A DNA stretch of 64,000 bases, from positions 11,178 to 75,177 of the forward strand of contig LCRX01000004.1 in assembly GCA_001004885.1 (NCBI GenBank), written 5' to 3'. Positions 28,619 through 39,293 of this stretch are shown one piece after another. Position numbers and translations under genes: made by a program. The DNA is from Candidatus Magasanikbacteria bacterium GW2011_GWA2_56_11 (lineage in GTDB: Bacteria > Patescibacteriota > Patescibacteriia > Magasanikbacterales > UBA922). The notes under the pieces were generated by a model. That model worked only from the letters and a program-made list of their open reading frames with translations. It searched no databases and was not told the DNA's origin. Numbering within the stretch: the first letter of the stretch is position 1; every line of letters starts with the position of its first letter.

Positions 28619-30415
28619 ATGCCAGCCGCCAGACAATCCAGACACGGCGGATTTTCTCTCCTCGAGATCGTGATCGCGCTCGGCGTGTTTGCGATTTTTG
28701 TCTTGGGCATTTACGCCGGCATTCAGACGGTTTATCGCATCGTTTACCAGGCGCGGGTGCAGATAATCGAATCGGGGATTTTGAATGAGCAGGTGGAGTT
28801 CGTCCGCAATCTGTCGTATTTCGACGTCGGCCTAGAAAATGGCAGTCCAGCCGGAGTTATGGCGCGCACGGCCACTACCACCAAAAACGGAATTGAGTTT
28901 ACCCTTACACGGACCGTACGCAGCATTGACGACCCTTACGACGGCACTATCGGCGGCACGCCGAATGACACGGCGCCGGCCGATTACAAGCTGGTGGAAA
29001 TCGCCGTCATATGCGTTTCGTGCGGCCAAAAAGCGGCCCGCACGGTAACTACCACGGTCGCGCCCAAGTACTTGGAAAACAACGCGGACAACGGCGCCCT
29101 GTTCATCCGCGTTTTCGATGCTGCGGCCGTCCCGGTGAGCGGAGCATCCGTACACCTGAGCGCGCCGGCGGCCAACCCGGCCATAGATTTGACCGACACG
29201 ACTGGCAACGACGGCATGCTTAAGCTCGTGGACCTGCCGCCCGGGGTCGGCATTTATAATATCGCGGTCAGTAAACCCGGTTACACTTCCGAACAGACCA
29301 GAGTCGAGAGCGAGAGCCTGCCCAACCCCTTCCATCCCCCGGCCTCGGTAGTGGCCCAGTCGGTGAGCGAAGTCAGCTTTACGATCGACCGGGTGTCTTC
29401 TTTTACCGCCTCTACGATGGACACGCTGTGCGATCCGATCGGAAACGTAAGAGTCGGGATAGAGGGCAGCCGGGTGATAGGCACCGAGCCGGATACGCTC
29501 AAAGTTGACACTACTTTTGTGACCGACGGGAGCGGGGCCAAGACGCTTGCCGATTATGAGTGGGACGTTTATACCTTCAGCCCGAGCGGCTATGATATCG
29601 CCGGCTCGATCCCAAGCGTGCCGCTTGACCTGCCGCCCGGCGTGGACCAGCCGGTGCAGCTGATTTTGCGGCCGAATACGGCCTACTCTCTTTTGGTTAG
29701 TGTGCGCGATAATATTACCAAACAGCCGGTTTCCCAGGCTACGGTGCACGTTACGTCCACGGCCGGCTACGACGAGAGCGCCGTAACCGGTGTCGGCTAT
29801 ATCCGCCAGACCGACTGGTCTGGCGGAAGCGGCCAGGCGGCGATGGCAGAGACTACCCGGTACTGGAGCGATGACTCGGGAGTGGATACCCTGGAATCGC
29901 CGGGCAACATCTATCTGCGGCATTTGGGCAGCGATTATGTGGGCCTCGGCAGCCTGGAGTCTTCCACCTTTGATCTGGGAGTAGCGGCCGACTATATTTC
30001 CCTTTTGTGGGAACCTTTTTCCCAGCCGGCTCCGGCCGGGGCAGCCCCGGTGCGCTGGCAAATCGCCACCGCTAGCACGACCGACCCGGAAGCCTGGGAA
30101 TACCGCGGGCCGGACGGAACCGGCGGGAGCTACTACACGCCGACCGCGACGGCCGTAAATACTGTCCATAACGGCGACCGGTACGTACGCTACCGGCTTT
30201 GGCTCTCGACCGTTTCGAGCACTTACTCGCCGCTCATTTCGGACATGACTTTGAGTTACACCAATAGCTGCACGCCGCCCGGGCAGGCGTACTTTGGCGG
30301 ACTTTCCAGCGGGACGCACACGGTGGAGGTGACCGTGCCGGGTTATCAGACCTACCGCAGCGATGTTTTGGTCGGCGGAGATACTTATTTCACTGTGGAA
30401 TTAGTGGGAGTCTAG
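28619..30415 (+). CDS. Large pseudopilin with prepilin N-methylation motif and beta-rich (carboxypeptidase-regulatory-like) domains
   Basis: GFSLLEIVIA class III signal; PVSGASVHL and PVSQATVHV repeats. Confidence 0.85.
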   Translation: MPAARQSRHGGFSLLEIVIALGVFAIFVLGIYAGIQTVYRIVYQARVQIIESGILNEQVEFVRNLSYFDVGLENGSPAGVMARTATTTKNGIEFTLTRTVRSIDDPYDGTIGGTPNDTAPADYKLVEIAVICVSCGQKAARTVTTTVAPKYLENNADNGALFIRVFDAAAVPVSGASVHLSAPAANPAIDLTDTTGNDGMLKLVDLPPGVGIYNIAVSKPGYTSEQTRVESESLPNPFHPPASVVAQSVSEVSFTIDRVSSFTASTMDTLCDPIGNVRVGIEGSRVIGTEPDTLKVDTTFVTDGSGAKTLADYEWDVYTFSPSGYDIAGSIPSVPLDLPPGVDQPVQLILRPNTAYSLLVSVRDNITKQPVSQATVHVTSTAGYDESAVTGVGYIRQTDWSGGSGQAAMAETTRYWSDDSGVDTLESPGNIYLRHLGSDYVGLGSLESSTFDLGVAADYISLLWEPFSQPAPAGAAPVRWQIATASTTDPEAWEYRGPDGTGGSYYTPTATAVNTVHNGDRYVRYRLWLSTVSSTYSPLISDMTLSYTNSCTPPGQAYFGGLSSGTHTVEVTVPGYQTYRSDVLVGGDTYFTVELVGV

Positions 30416-30463
30416 GAGCGCCGGCGGGCAGCCGGCGGGGTAAATCGAGTGTTAATTAAGTTT

Positions 30464-31069
30464 ATGCGTTTAAATCGCTCCGGTGTTACCATGGTCGAGG
30501 CGGCGGTCGCTATTGGCGTCTTTTCGCTGCTTTCCCTGGCTATCGGCTGGATAGTTATTATCAGCAGTCGAACCAACAGCACGGTGAGCGATCAGTTGCG
30601 CTCCCAGGGCGATATGCGCCGGACTTTGCGCGAGGTGGTGGATACGGTCCGCAAGGCCGAGACCTCCAGCCTGGGCGCTTACCCATTGGCGGTCGCGGGC
30701 AGTTACGAACTGGCGGTCTACGCCAATATTGACGGCGATAGCCTGAAAGAGCGGGTGCGGTTTTGGCTCGACGGCCGGACGCTTAAGCGGGGGCTGACAG
30801 AGCCGGCGGGCAATCCGCTTGGTTACTCTGGTGCCGAGAGCGTGGTAGAGTTGGCGCATGACGTAATCAACCAGGAACAAAGCACGCCGCTATTTCTCTA
30901 TTTTGACGAGTCGTATACCGGCACGCAGGCGGCCCTGGCGCAGCCGGTAAGCAGCACGGCCGTGCGGTTGATAAAAATGCAGCTTGATCTGGAGCGCGAT
31001 CCGGCGAAAAGCCCGGTGCCGCTGCATGGAGAGAGTCTGGTGCAGATAAGGAATACTAAAAACAATTAA
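30464..31069 (+). CDS. Minor pilin/pseudopilin (PilW-like position)
   Basis: GVTMVEAAVA class III signal; ends VQIRN. Confidence 0.8.
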   Translation: MRLNRSGVTMVEAAVAIGVFSLLSLAIGWIVIISSRTNSTVSDQLRSQGDMRRTLREVVDTVRKAETSSLGAYPLAVAGSYELAVYANIDGDSLKERVRFWLDGRTLKRGLTEPAGNPLGYSGAESVVELAHDVINQEQSTPLFLYFDESYTGTQAALAQPVSSTAVRLIKMQLDLERDPAKSPVPLHGESLVQIRNTKNN

Positions 31070-31071
31070 TT

Positions 31072-32463
31072 ATGTCTGTGTACCCCTGTCCGCAAAAATA
31101 TTTAGTCCGCGACCGGCGCGGTTCGGCCCTCCTGTTCGTAATGATCTTTGGCGCGATCGCCTTTACCATGATTGTGATGGGGCTCTCCGGCTACGCGCTA
31201 TTCGAGCACCGGGCGGCGCGGCGGCTCGGACACCGCGACCAGGCGTTCCATGTGGCCGAAGCCGGCATTGACTATTACCGCTGGCATCTGGCGCACAGTC
31301 CGACCGATTATACCGATGGTACCGGGGAGGCGGGTCCTTATCTGCACGAGTACACCGACAAAGACGGTACGGTTCTGGGCGCGTTTTTGCTCGCGGTCAG
31401 CCCGCCCGACTCCGGTTCGACCGTGGTAACGGTGAGTTCCACCGGCTGGACACTGGCCGAGCCGACGGCCAAGCGCACTGTCCAGGTGCGGCTGGGCTAC
31501 CCGGCGCTGACGGACTACGCCATTATGGCCAACTCCAACATGCATTTCAGCTACACTACCCAGGTATCCGGCGCGGTGCAGGCCAACGGCGGCATCCGTT
31601 TCGACGGTACGTCGGATTCGTGGGTGAGGAGCTCCAAGGAGACGTACCAGTACCAGAACCAGACGCATAACGGGGTCTGGGGCGGCGGCGGTCCGAAGTC
31701 TTTTTGGCAGTATCCGGTGCCGGCGGTCGATTTTAACGGCCTCACGGCCGATCTGGCCGCGATCAAGACCCAGGCGCAGGCAGGCGGGGTTTATCTCACT
31801 TCGTCGGGAGACGAGGGCTGGCACCTGGTGTTTAAGCCTGACCGCACTTTCGACGTGTACCGCGTGGATACCCGGCGGTGCTACAACGGCGAGGGTAAAT
31901 ATATCGGCAAATGGTGGCAGGGCAACGTGTACTGTTACGATATCGACGCGGAACAATTCGTGGCGAACTACCCCCATCCGGGCAACGGATACATTTTTGT
32001 CGAAGACCATATTTGGGTGGAGGGCATAATAGCGGGCCACCTGACGGTCGGGGCGGGACGGTTTCCCTCGTCGCCGGCCAACTACCGCAACATTTACCTG
32101 CCCGGAAATATTACCTACGCCGCTGTTTCGCAGGACGTTTTGGGGCTTATCACCCAGGGGGATATCGTGATCCCGCACGACGTGCCCGAGACGATGACGG
32201 TCCAGGCAGCCCTGCTATCGCAGTACGGCAAAATTTACCGGCCGTATTATTACCAGGATGAGCGCGATTCGTTGACCATTTTCGGCTCCCAGATATCCTA
32301 CAACGGTTCGGGCTACAAGTATGTAAACGGCTGGGGGAACGTCGTGTCCGGATTTGTGAATACGAACCATATGTACGACGCCAATTTGAAATATTACCCG
32401 CCGCCGGGGTTTCCGGTGGAGAATACCTACGAGATGATTAGCTGGGAAGAAGTCGGAAGTTAG
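31072..32463 (+). CDS. PilX-like minor pilin with large C-terminal domain
   Basis: RGSALLFVM start lacking E5, AFHVAEAG, terminal SWEE. Confidence 0.8.
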   Translation: MSVYPCPQKYLVRDRRGSALLFVMIFGAIAFTMIVMGLSGYALFEHRAARRLGHRDQAFHVAEAGIDYYRWHLAHSPTDYTDGTGEAGPYLHEYTDKDGTVLGAFLLAVSPPDSGSTVVTVSSTGWTLAEPTAKRTVQVRLGYPALTDYAIMANSNMHFSYTTQVSGAVQANGGIRFDGTSDSWVRSSKETYQYQNQTHNGVWGGGGPKSFWQYPVPAVDFNGLTADLAAIKTQAQAGGVYLTSSGDEGWHLVFKPDRTFDVYRVDTRRCYNGEGKYIGKWWQGNVYCYDIDAEQFVANYPHPGNGYIFVEDHIWVEGIIAGHLTVGAGRFPSSPANYRNIYLPGNITYAAVSQDVLGLITQGDIVIPHDVPETMTVQAALLSQYGKIYRPYYYQDERDSLTIFGSQISYNGSGYKYVNGWGNVVSGFVNTNHMYDANLKYYPPPGFPVENTYEMISWEEVGS

Positions 32464-32524
32464 AAACCGGGATAAGAGCCGGGCTTTTTCCCGCCGGTGT
32501 TCTCTGGTATAATACTTTCAGCTA

Positions 32525-32680
32525 GAACTCACAGCGAGTTTCCCCCTTTTCGCCTCAAACATAGACTGATTTTCACGGCGCCAAAACTCGCTCTTGTGGG
32601 CTCAGACATTGGTGCCGCGAAAATCAGTCTCTGTTTCGGCTCGACTTAGGAGAGAATTGCTAACAACTCACTATCAGTTC
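32525..32680 (+). mobile_element. MITE-like repeat, copy 5 (156 bp) in the galU 5' region
   Basis: Colinear copy between a TATAAT box (32508-32513) and the galU ATG. Confidence 0.9.
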
Positions 32681-32698
32681 TTATTCCATCGCACCTGT

Positions 32699-33571
32699 AT
32701 GCCGACACCAAAAGTGAAGAAAGGAGTCATAACCGTCGCCGGACTCGGCACCAGATTTTTGCCGGCCACCAAGGCCATGCCCAAGGAAATGCTCCCGGTT
32801 TTGGACAAGCCGGTGGTGCAGTACATAGTGGAGGAAATGGCCCAAAGCGGGATTACCGAAATTATTTTTGTTACCAGCTCCCAAAAACGCCCGATCGAGG
32901 ATCATTTCGACCGCGACGGCGATTTTGAGCGCTACCTAAAGGAAAAGGGCAAATCAGACCGGATTCAGCCCCTGGTCGAGCTGTCCGAGCGGGTGCGGTT
33001 TTTTTATACCCGCCAGAGCGCCCCTTTGGGCAACGGCCACGCGCTTTTGTGCGCCCGGGAATTCATCGGCAGCGAGCCGTTCGCTTTCTCGGACGGCGAC
33101 AGTATTATTGACTCCAAAACTCCGGTTACGAAACAGCTGCTCAAGGTATTCTACCGGGTGCGTTCGTCCGTCATTGGGGTGCAGCGCATTGACGATCGCG
33201 CGGCCATGACCAAATACGGGAACGTGTACGGCAAGCGCACGCGCGAGCCGCGCACTTACCGGGTGAGCGAGTTTCGGGAAAAACCTCCGGTCGAGGCAAC
33301 CTCCCCGGAAGGGCTGATAGTCGGCGGTATGCGGTATATATTCACCAAAGACATCTGGCCCATCCTAGAGGGACAGTCCCGGGGCAAAGACAATGAAATT
33401 TGGGTGGCGGATGCGGCCAATGCCCTGGCCAAACGCCGGTCATTTTACGCCTACGAGTACGAGGGCATCTATTTTGACACGGGCGACAAAGTGGCGCTCC
33501 TGAAAACGGCGCTGCACTTTGCTTTCAAGGATCCGGCTATTGCCCTCGAAATCAAAAAATTAGTGCAGTAG
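32699..33571 (+). CDS. galU: UTP-glucose-1-phosphate uridylyltransferase
   Basis: AGLGTRFLPATKAMPKEMLP, IEDHFD, RQSAPLGNGHA, EKP. Confidence 0.93.
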   Translation: MPTPKVKKGVITVAGLGTRFLPATKAMPKEMLPVLDKPVVQYIVEEMAQSGITEIIFVTSSQKRPIEDHFDRDGDFERYLKEKGKSDRIQPLVELSERVRFFYTRQSAPLGNGHALLCAREFIGSEPFAFSDGDSIIDSKTPVTKQLLKVFYRVRSSVIGVQRIDDRAAMTKYGNVYGKRTREPRTYRVSEFREKPPVEATSPEGLIVGGMRYIFTKDIWPILEGQSRGKDNEIWVADAANALAKRRSFYAYEYEGIYFDTGDKVALLKTALHFAFKDPAIALEIKKLVQ

Positions 33572-33589
33572 TTATCCCTAACCCGACCT

Positions 33590-34480
33590 ATGCCTACTAT
33601 TTTGAGAATTCAACTCCGTTTGGCGTGTGCCGGGTTAGCTATCCTGTTTTTGTTTTTTGCCGCCTCACCAACGCTGGCCCTTGACGCATCGGCCTGCGCG
33701 CAGCTTTATGGCCAATCATATTCTGGCTGCGTTCTTCTTGAAAAGGGGGCTTTTGCAGACGCCTGTCAGAATGCCCAAGGACCGTTCAAGGCCAAACTGG
33801 AGCAAACTTTGTCAAGCGGCGCGGCGCAAACCGGATCGGCCTGCACCCAGACGTTTTTGCTCATGTATAATAATTCCCAGGGAGACTTCGCGGCTGATAC
33901 CGATATCGAAAAATGCGTCGCCGAACTGGTAAACTGCGCCGAGTTGTTTTTGCAATGCCAGGGCAATACCGGCCAGGTGGACATGAACGATTTGGAAAGC
34001 CAGTGCAATTATTTTCTGGCGGGCGGCACCAAAAATTGGTCGCAGTTTAAGGGGCAAGACTTATGCAGCGCGGCTATAAAATCCGAGGGAGTCTGGGGAG
34101 AGAAGTGCGCCAAATATACCGGCGACCTGGAGAAGACCAAGGCCGAAGAAGGGTTGACGCCCCCAGCCGGCAAAGACCAGCAGGCTGAGTACGCTGCCGC
34201 TCTGGCGGAACTTCAGGCCAACGCCGCCGGGCTGAACCAGCTCAAAACCAAGGACATACGTTTGCTTATCGGCGGCCTGATAGCGAAGGCGCTCGGCGTC
34301 GTGGGCAGCATCGCGTTGTTGATGTTCGTGTATGGTGGTATACTGTGGATGACCGCGGCCGGCTCGAGCGAAAAAACCGAGAAAGGGCGCCAGATTTTGG
34401 TCTGGAGCGCTCTGGGGGTAATAGTGATTTTTTCGAGCTACGCTCTCTTGGATATAGTCTTCGAGGTGTTCCGTCCATAG
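33590..34480 (+). CDS. VirB2-like pilin 1: Cys-rich N-terminal domain plus C-terminal pilin domain
   Basis: YGGILWMTAAGSSEKTEKGR between two TM helices. Confidence 0.8.
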   Translation: MPTILRIQLRLACAGLAILFLFFAASPTLALDASACAQLYGQSYSGCVLLEKGAFADACQNAQGPFKAKLEQTLSSGAAQTGSACTQTFLLMYNNSQGDFAADTDIEKCVAELVNCAELFLQCQGNTGQVDMNDLESQCNYFLAGGTKNWSQFKGQDLCSAAIKSEGVWGEKCAKYTGDLEKTKAEEGLTPPAGKDQQAEYAAALAELQANAAGLNQLKTKDIRLLIGGLIAKALGVVGSIALLMFVYGGILWMTAAGSSEKTEKGRQILVWSALGVIVIFSSYALLDIVFEVFRP

Positions 34481-34528
34481 CCAGCCTCGGCCGCGCGCGC
34501 ACGCGCCCGGGAAGAAAATTATTGCCGT

Positions 34529-35944
34529 ATGGTTTTGTCTTTGACAGGTTTAGAGGCGCCGCGGGGCGGGAAGACTCGCCGTTGGGTATCCCTCGCCGTG
34601 CTTGGCCTGTTTTTTGTTACCCTGGGTTTCGGTTGCAAGGGTCTTTCCCAACAAGAGAGGGCGGCGGTCAAACCGGTAACTCTCAACTACTGGACCGTGT
34701 TCAACGATACCGAGGAACTCAAACGGCTGGCGTCCGAGTACCGCCAGCTCCGGCCTTATGTCAAGGTCAACATCCGCCAGGTCCGCTACGAGGAGTTCGA
34801 CCGCCTGTTTCTAAACGCGCTCGCCGACGATGTCGCTCCGGACGTGGTTTCTCTGCACGCGCGCTGGATTAAAAAATACCAAAATCGCCTCGCCGAAATG
34901 CCGGCCAGCGTTTCCACGGCCCGCCTGATAGTGAAGGGCGGCCTGACCAAAGAAACCCAGGTAGTAGTCGACACTACTCCCATGCCCGGCATCGGCGACA
35001 TTAAGCGCGATTATGTCGGCGCGGTGGCCAATGACGTAATTATTGGCGAGGCTGTCTACGGACTGCCGATCGCTCTCGACACGCTGGCCATTTATTACAA
35101 CAAGGACCTTTTGGACAAGGCCAACATCGCCGAACCGCCGGCCACCTGGGACGAATTTTTGGAGGCGGTGAAAAAAACCACCAAATTCGGCCCGGACGGC
35201 AAGATCGTCCAGTCTGGCGCCGCCCTCGGTACGGCCAACAACATTGACAACGCTTTCGATATCCTGTCGGTTCTCATGATGCAAAACGGGGTCAAAATGG
35301 CCGCCAAAGGATCGGTGCAGTTCGCGAGCGGTCTCGACAAGGCGGGCGAGACGCATCCCTCGCTCCAGGCTCTGCGTTTTTACACCGATTTTGCGCGCCC
35401 GACCAAGGAATCATATTCCTGGAACGAAACCATGGAGCCGGCTCTCGATGCTTTCGTGCGCGGCAAGGCCGTGTTTTACTTTGGGTTCGCCTACGACAGT
35501 TCCCGTATCACCAGCCGCGCGCCCGAGCTGAATCTGGAGGTTATCCCGCTGCCCCAGCTGAACCCGTCCGCGCCGGTGAACGTCGCCAATTACTGGGTAG
35601 AGGCGGTAGTAAAAAAATCCAAGCACCAGAACGAAGCCTGGGATTTCATCCGGTTTATGACCGCGCCGGATCAGGCCAAGCGGTACGCCCTCTCTACCGG
35701 CCGGCCGTCTGCGTACCGGACGCAGATCAAAGAATTGGCGGACAATCCCCGCCTCGGTCCGTTCGTGAGCCAGACGCTGATAGCGGAAAACTGGTACCAC
35801 GGAGAGGATATTACGCAAGCGGAAAAAGCTTTTGACGATTTAATCACCGCCACCCTGCGGCCTTACGCCGACAAGGACGACCCGACCAAACGCGATGCCG
35901 GGTTTATCGCTACTGCGGCGCAGATGGCGCAGCAGACTTTTTAG
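34529..35944 (+). CDS. Extracellular solute-binding lipoprotein (family 1)
   Basis: Lipobox LGFGC; YGLP...LAIYYNKDL, PPATWDEF, AWDFIRF. Confidence 0.88.
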   Translation: MVLSLTGLEAPRGGKTRRWVSLAVLGLFFVTLGFGCKGLSQQERAAVKPVTLNYWTVFNDTEELKRLASEYRQLRPYVKVNIRQVRYEEFDRLFLNALADDVAPDVVSLHARWIKKYQNRLAEMPASVSTARLIVKGGLTKETQVVVDTTPMPGIGDIKRDYVGAVANDVIIGEAVYGLPIALDTLAIYYNKDLLDKANIAEPPATWDEFLEAVKKTTKFGPDGKIVQSGAALGTANNIDNAFDILSVLMMQNGVKMAAKGSVQFASGLDKAGETHPSLQALRFYTDFARPTKESYSWNETMEPALDAFVRGKAVFYFGFAYDSSRITSRAPELNLEVIPLPQLNPSAPVNVANYWVEAVVKKSKHQNEAWDFIRFMTAPDQAKRYALSTGRPSAYRTQIKELADNPRLGPFVSQTLIAENWYHGEDITQAEKAFDDLITATLRPYADKDDPTKRDAGFIATAAQMAQQTF

Positions 35945-35947
35945 GGT

Positions 35948-37453
35948 ATGCGGAAATTAAACTGGCAAAAGGCGAGTGTTTGTCTTTTAGGCATATTCTT
36001 TTTGCTGTTTCTATTTTGCCCGCTGCCGACCGGGGCGGAACTTAATAAAGGAGTTAGCTATAAAGCAGTAAACGAGTGCCCTGATCCTGGCACAGGCAAA
36101 AAAATTGCTTTGTTCGTACTGGCTTTGAATCGACCACCGGCTGATTCACCGCCTCCACCTGAGGAGTACTGCGTCCCCGTTACTGACACCCAAAATACGG
36201 TCTCCTTTCAGGATTTGGTTAGTGCCGGTGTTTTCACAGACGATTGGGCAGGAGAAACATATACTTTTTCCGTTTCTGATGGCGCGGGCTGTAATTTAGA
36301 TCCGAAGATTGTCTATTGGAAAGAGGGCGCGCTGAAAGATTTGCCTCAGGCTAAATGGCCAGAACTTTCTCCGGAGATGCCGCTTTCTGGGGCGCAGTTC
36401 GTGGTGAGTGGTAAGGTCGATTATAAATGCATTGTGATGGCAGGGTCGGAACCGGAGTTACAAGACAAAAAAGATTTGAATATTATTTACTTTGTCACCG
36501 ATCCGAAATATGGACCGGAGATGGAGAAGGGGTGGGCGACTCTTGTCCCCAAGGGATTTTATGGGGACTTAGCGTACGACCAAGACGCCATTGATTGGGA
36601 AGGCGCAACAGAGATAAAGGTGGATTTTGGCGCAGTAAAGGAAATCACTGTGTTTGCCGAAGAGGACGGAGCGGGCACCAGTGGGGAGGTAAAAATAGAA
36701 TGCCTTGACTGTAACAAGGACTGGTCCGGGTTTAAGACAGAAAAAATCGAGGGCGGCGAAACAAAGGCAGTTATCAAGGTAGACACCGGCGCCTATTATG
36801 AAAAAATGGGAGTGGAGCTGCCGGCAAAATTTACCGTTAAGCTCAAAGGGACGGTGGGGAGCAAAAAAGGGCCTAGGTACAGCTTCTTTGAGTTTTCCAT
36901 CACCATCAACAAATTCAACTGCGCGGAAAAGAAAACCGGGAGCGACTGCAACAAAAACACGCAGTGTTTCTTTTTTGAAAATATTTGTCAGAGCAAGTAC
37001 GACAAGAATATCTGCAAACAGCTGCCGCAGACCCTGTGCGCCCCGGCGCCGGGCGGCAGCAAGGTTTGCACCTGGAACGAGGCCACCAAGCAGTGTCTCG
37101 AGCCGGTCGCGACGAGCATCGCCGAGAGCTACGGCGTGCCGGACGGCTACAAAGGCCCGCTGCCGCCCTGCGCCTTCTCCGGGACGTGCGACAATATCAA
37201 TATCCTCCTGAATTTGTTTATTGCCCAGGGCAAAGGCATTTTCGGCCTCATCGGCGTGGTGGCGCTCGGCGCTTTCGTTTACGGCGGTTTTATGATGATT
37301 TTCTCTCTCGGCAGCTCCGAGAGGGTAGAGACAGGGAGAAAGGCGATGACCGCGGCCGTAGTCGGGCTCATCATATCCTTTAGCGCTTATATCCTGGTGG
37401 ATTTTGTTCTCGACGCCCTCAAAGTGAGCGATTCATTCAAGGTCATAAAATAA
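35948..37453 (+). CDS. VirB2-like pilin 2: large variable N-terminal region, Cys-rich repeats, C-terminal pilin domain
   Basis: YGGFMMIFSLGSSERVETGRK; many Cys in residues 325-420. Confidence 0.8.
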   Translation: MRKLNWQKASVCLLGIFFLLFLFCPLPTGAELNKGVSYKAVNECPDPGTGKKIALFVLALNRPPADSPPPPEEYCVPVTDTQNTVSFQDLVSAGVFTDDWAGETYTFSVSDGAGCNLDPKIVYWKEGALKDLPQAKWPELSPEMPLSGAQFVVSGKVDYKCIVMAGSEPELQDKKDLNIIYFVTDPKYGPEMEKGWATLVPKGFYGDLAYDQDAIDWEGATEIKVDFGAVKEITVFAEEDGAGTSGEVKIECLDCNKDWSGFKTEKIEGGETKAVIKVDTGAYYEKMGVELPAKFTVKLKGTVGSKKGPRYSFFEFSITINKFNCAEKKTGSDCNKNTQCFFFENICQSKYDKNICKQLPQTLCAPAPGGSKVCTWNEATKQCLEPVATSIAESYGVPDGYKGPLPPCAFSGTCDNINILLNLFIAQGKGIFGLIGVVALGAFVYGGFMMIFSLGSSERVETGRKAMTAAVVGLIISFSAYILVDFVLDALKVSDSFKVIK

Positions 37454-37462
37454 CCTGCCGCT

Positions 37463-38167
37463 ATGCGCTCTGCCCGCTGGTTTGGCCTCATGGCCGCGTT
37501 CGCGATTTTTGGCGCCGGTTTGGCGTCCACGACTACAGCCCTGGCCGTCGCCTCTCCGAGCAAAGTGCCGCTCATAAATCCGATCGGCGGCACGGTGGCC
37601 AAACCGGAAGGCCAGACCAGCATCCCGAAAATTATCGGGGGCATGATTAAAACCGTTCTCGGGATAATGGGCTCTTTGGCTTTCATTGCTTTTATCTACG
37701 GCGGGTTTGCCTGGCTCACGGCCGCCGGCAACGCCGACCGGGTGCAAAAAGGAACGCAGGCAATGGTATGGGCGGCGATAGGCGTATTTATTGTTTTTTC
37801 GAGTTATGCTATACTCAGTCTAGTTTTTGAGGGACTGGGGATAGAAGACCAGGCGCCGCCGGGTACGACCGTTTGGTGCATCGACAATGCCAACAGCGTG
37901 TGTGCCGAATTTTTGGCGGACGAGTGTCCCGGCTCCCCGTACGTTACCGAACAGGAGTGCCAGACAGTGCTGGAAAATTACCTGGACGCCCCCCCGCCGG
38001 TTGATTTGGAAGGCTGTTTCTGCACCATCGACTCGGTGGCGCAGCAAAAAGTAAGCGGCAGCCCGCTCTATGACGACCCGACAAAATGCGCGGCCGCGAG
38101 CGATACGACCGACCCGGCCCTCGGCCACCTGACCGAATGCGGCTGGATCGGCGGGGCATTTGAATAA
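37463..38167 (+). CDS. VirB2-like pilin 3 with acidic Cys-rich C-terminal domain
   Basis: YGGFAWLTAAGNADRVQKG. Confidence 0.82.
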   Translation: MRSARWFGLMAAFAIFGAGLASTTTALAVASPSKVPLINPIGGTVAKPEGQTSIPKIIGGMIKTVLGIMGSLAFIAFIYGGFAWLTAAGNADRVQKGTQAMVWAAIGVFIVFSSYAILSLVFEGLGIEDQAPPGTTVWCIDNANSVCAEFLADECPGSPYVTEQECQTVLENYLDAPPPVDLEGCFCTIDSVAQQKVSGSPLYDDPTKCAAASDTTDPALGHLTECGWIGGAFE

Positions 38168-38216
38168 AAGAGTAAAGCTATGGAATTTATCTACATAATA
38201 GAAGGGAGGTGATATC

Positions 38217-38723
38217 ATGTCTACGTTAACAAAATTGGCGAAGCACCGGTCGGTTATCGCGGCCGTGTCAGTTTTCGCCCTCGCTGTGGCCCTTTTGCCG
38301 GGTACAGTGTCCGCCAAAGCCGTGGGAGAAACTTGTGTCAAAGATTTGGAGTGCGACGCCGGACTCACCTGCCAGAGCGGTAAATGCGGCAAGGATGTCT
38401 TTGGGTTAAACCCGATCGACGAAGAAGTCGGCAACACCCTCGGCAATGAGGACCTGCGCAGCACCATCGGTCGTTTGATCAACGTGGCGCTCAGCTTGCT
38501 CGGTATCATCGCCGTCGTCATCATTCTCGCCGGTGGCTTCAAGTGGATGACCGCCGGAGGCAATGAAGACAAAGTGGGAGAGGCCCGCAAGATGATCTTT
38601 TCGGGTATTATCGGCCTGGCCATCATATTGTCGGCTTGGGCGATTGCCTTGTTCGTCTTGAATCAGCTTAACAAGGCGACGAACCCGGACGCGTCTGAGG
38701 ATATCTCCGATATTATCGACTAG
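38217..38723 (+). CDS. VirB2-like pilin 4 with small N-terminal 4-Cys module (candidate major subunit)
   Basis: GGFKWMTAGGNEDKVGEAR; strong GGGAGGTG SD; 10-bp GC hairpin at 38731-38753. Confidence 0.85.
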   Translation: MSTLTKLAKHRSVIAAVSVFALAVALLPGTVSAKAVGETCVKDLECDAGLTCQSGKCGKDVFGLNPIDEEVGNTLGNEDLRSTIGRLINVALSLLGIIAVVIILAGGFKWMTAGGNEDKVGEARKMIFSGIIGLAIILSAWAIALFVLNQLNKATNPDASEDISDIID

Positions 38724-38829
38724 TTTCCGCGGGCAGGGGGTCGCCCCCTGCCCTTGCTCTTTATTCCCGGTTTGACGGGTGATACCTGGCCGGGGCCAGG
38801 TATCACGTGTTAAATTCTTTTACTTTTCT

Positions 38830-39267
38830 ATGACTTCGCGCCGCCTTTTCCAGGCCCTGTCCCTGGGTATTATGGCCTGGGCCTCTTTGGTCCAGGTTAC
38901 GTTCGCCGATCCGCCGGCACCCCAGCCGCCATGCGGCATTGACCCCAACGACCCGCTGGCGCTCGACTGCGCCGCGGCCAGCGGACTGGTAGCCACCGAT
39001 CCGCGCCTCATAGCCGCGCGGATTATCAACGTAATTCTGGGCGTTCTAGGCACGGTGGCGACCCTGCTTATCTTCTACGCCGGCTTTCTCTGGATGACGG
39101 CCGCGGGCAACGAAGACCAGGTAACCAAGGCCAAAAGCATTATGTTCAGCGCAGTGGTGGGGTTGGTAATTATTTTGAGCGCCTTCGGCATCTCGACTTT
39201 CATCGTGCGCTACATTTACGAGGCCTCGTCCGGCGCGGGCTACGGTTCGGGCCCGGTCATTCCCTAA
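38830..39267 (+). CDS. VirB2-like pilin 5
   Basis: YAGFLWMTAAGNEDQVTKAK. Confidence 0.85.
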   Translation: MTSRRLFQALSLGIMAWASLVQVTFADPPAPQPPCGIDPNDPLALDCAAASGLVATDPRLIAARIINVILGVLGTVATLLIFYAGFLWMTAAGNEDQVTKAKSIMFSAVVGLVIILSAFGISTFIVRYIYEASSGAGYGSGPVIP

Positions 39268-39293
39268 ACCAACTCTCTTACTTTTAGGCTGTT

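Noticed and set aside
28832-30319. 495-aa minus-strand ORF, and similar long ORFs such as 18-608, 31198-32178 and 49228-50349
   Set aside because: Antisense shadows of well-supported genes, expected in GC3-rich DNA, with no recognisable motifs.
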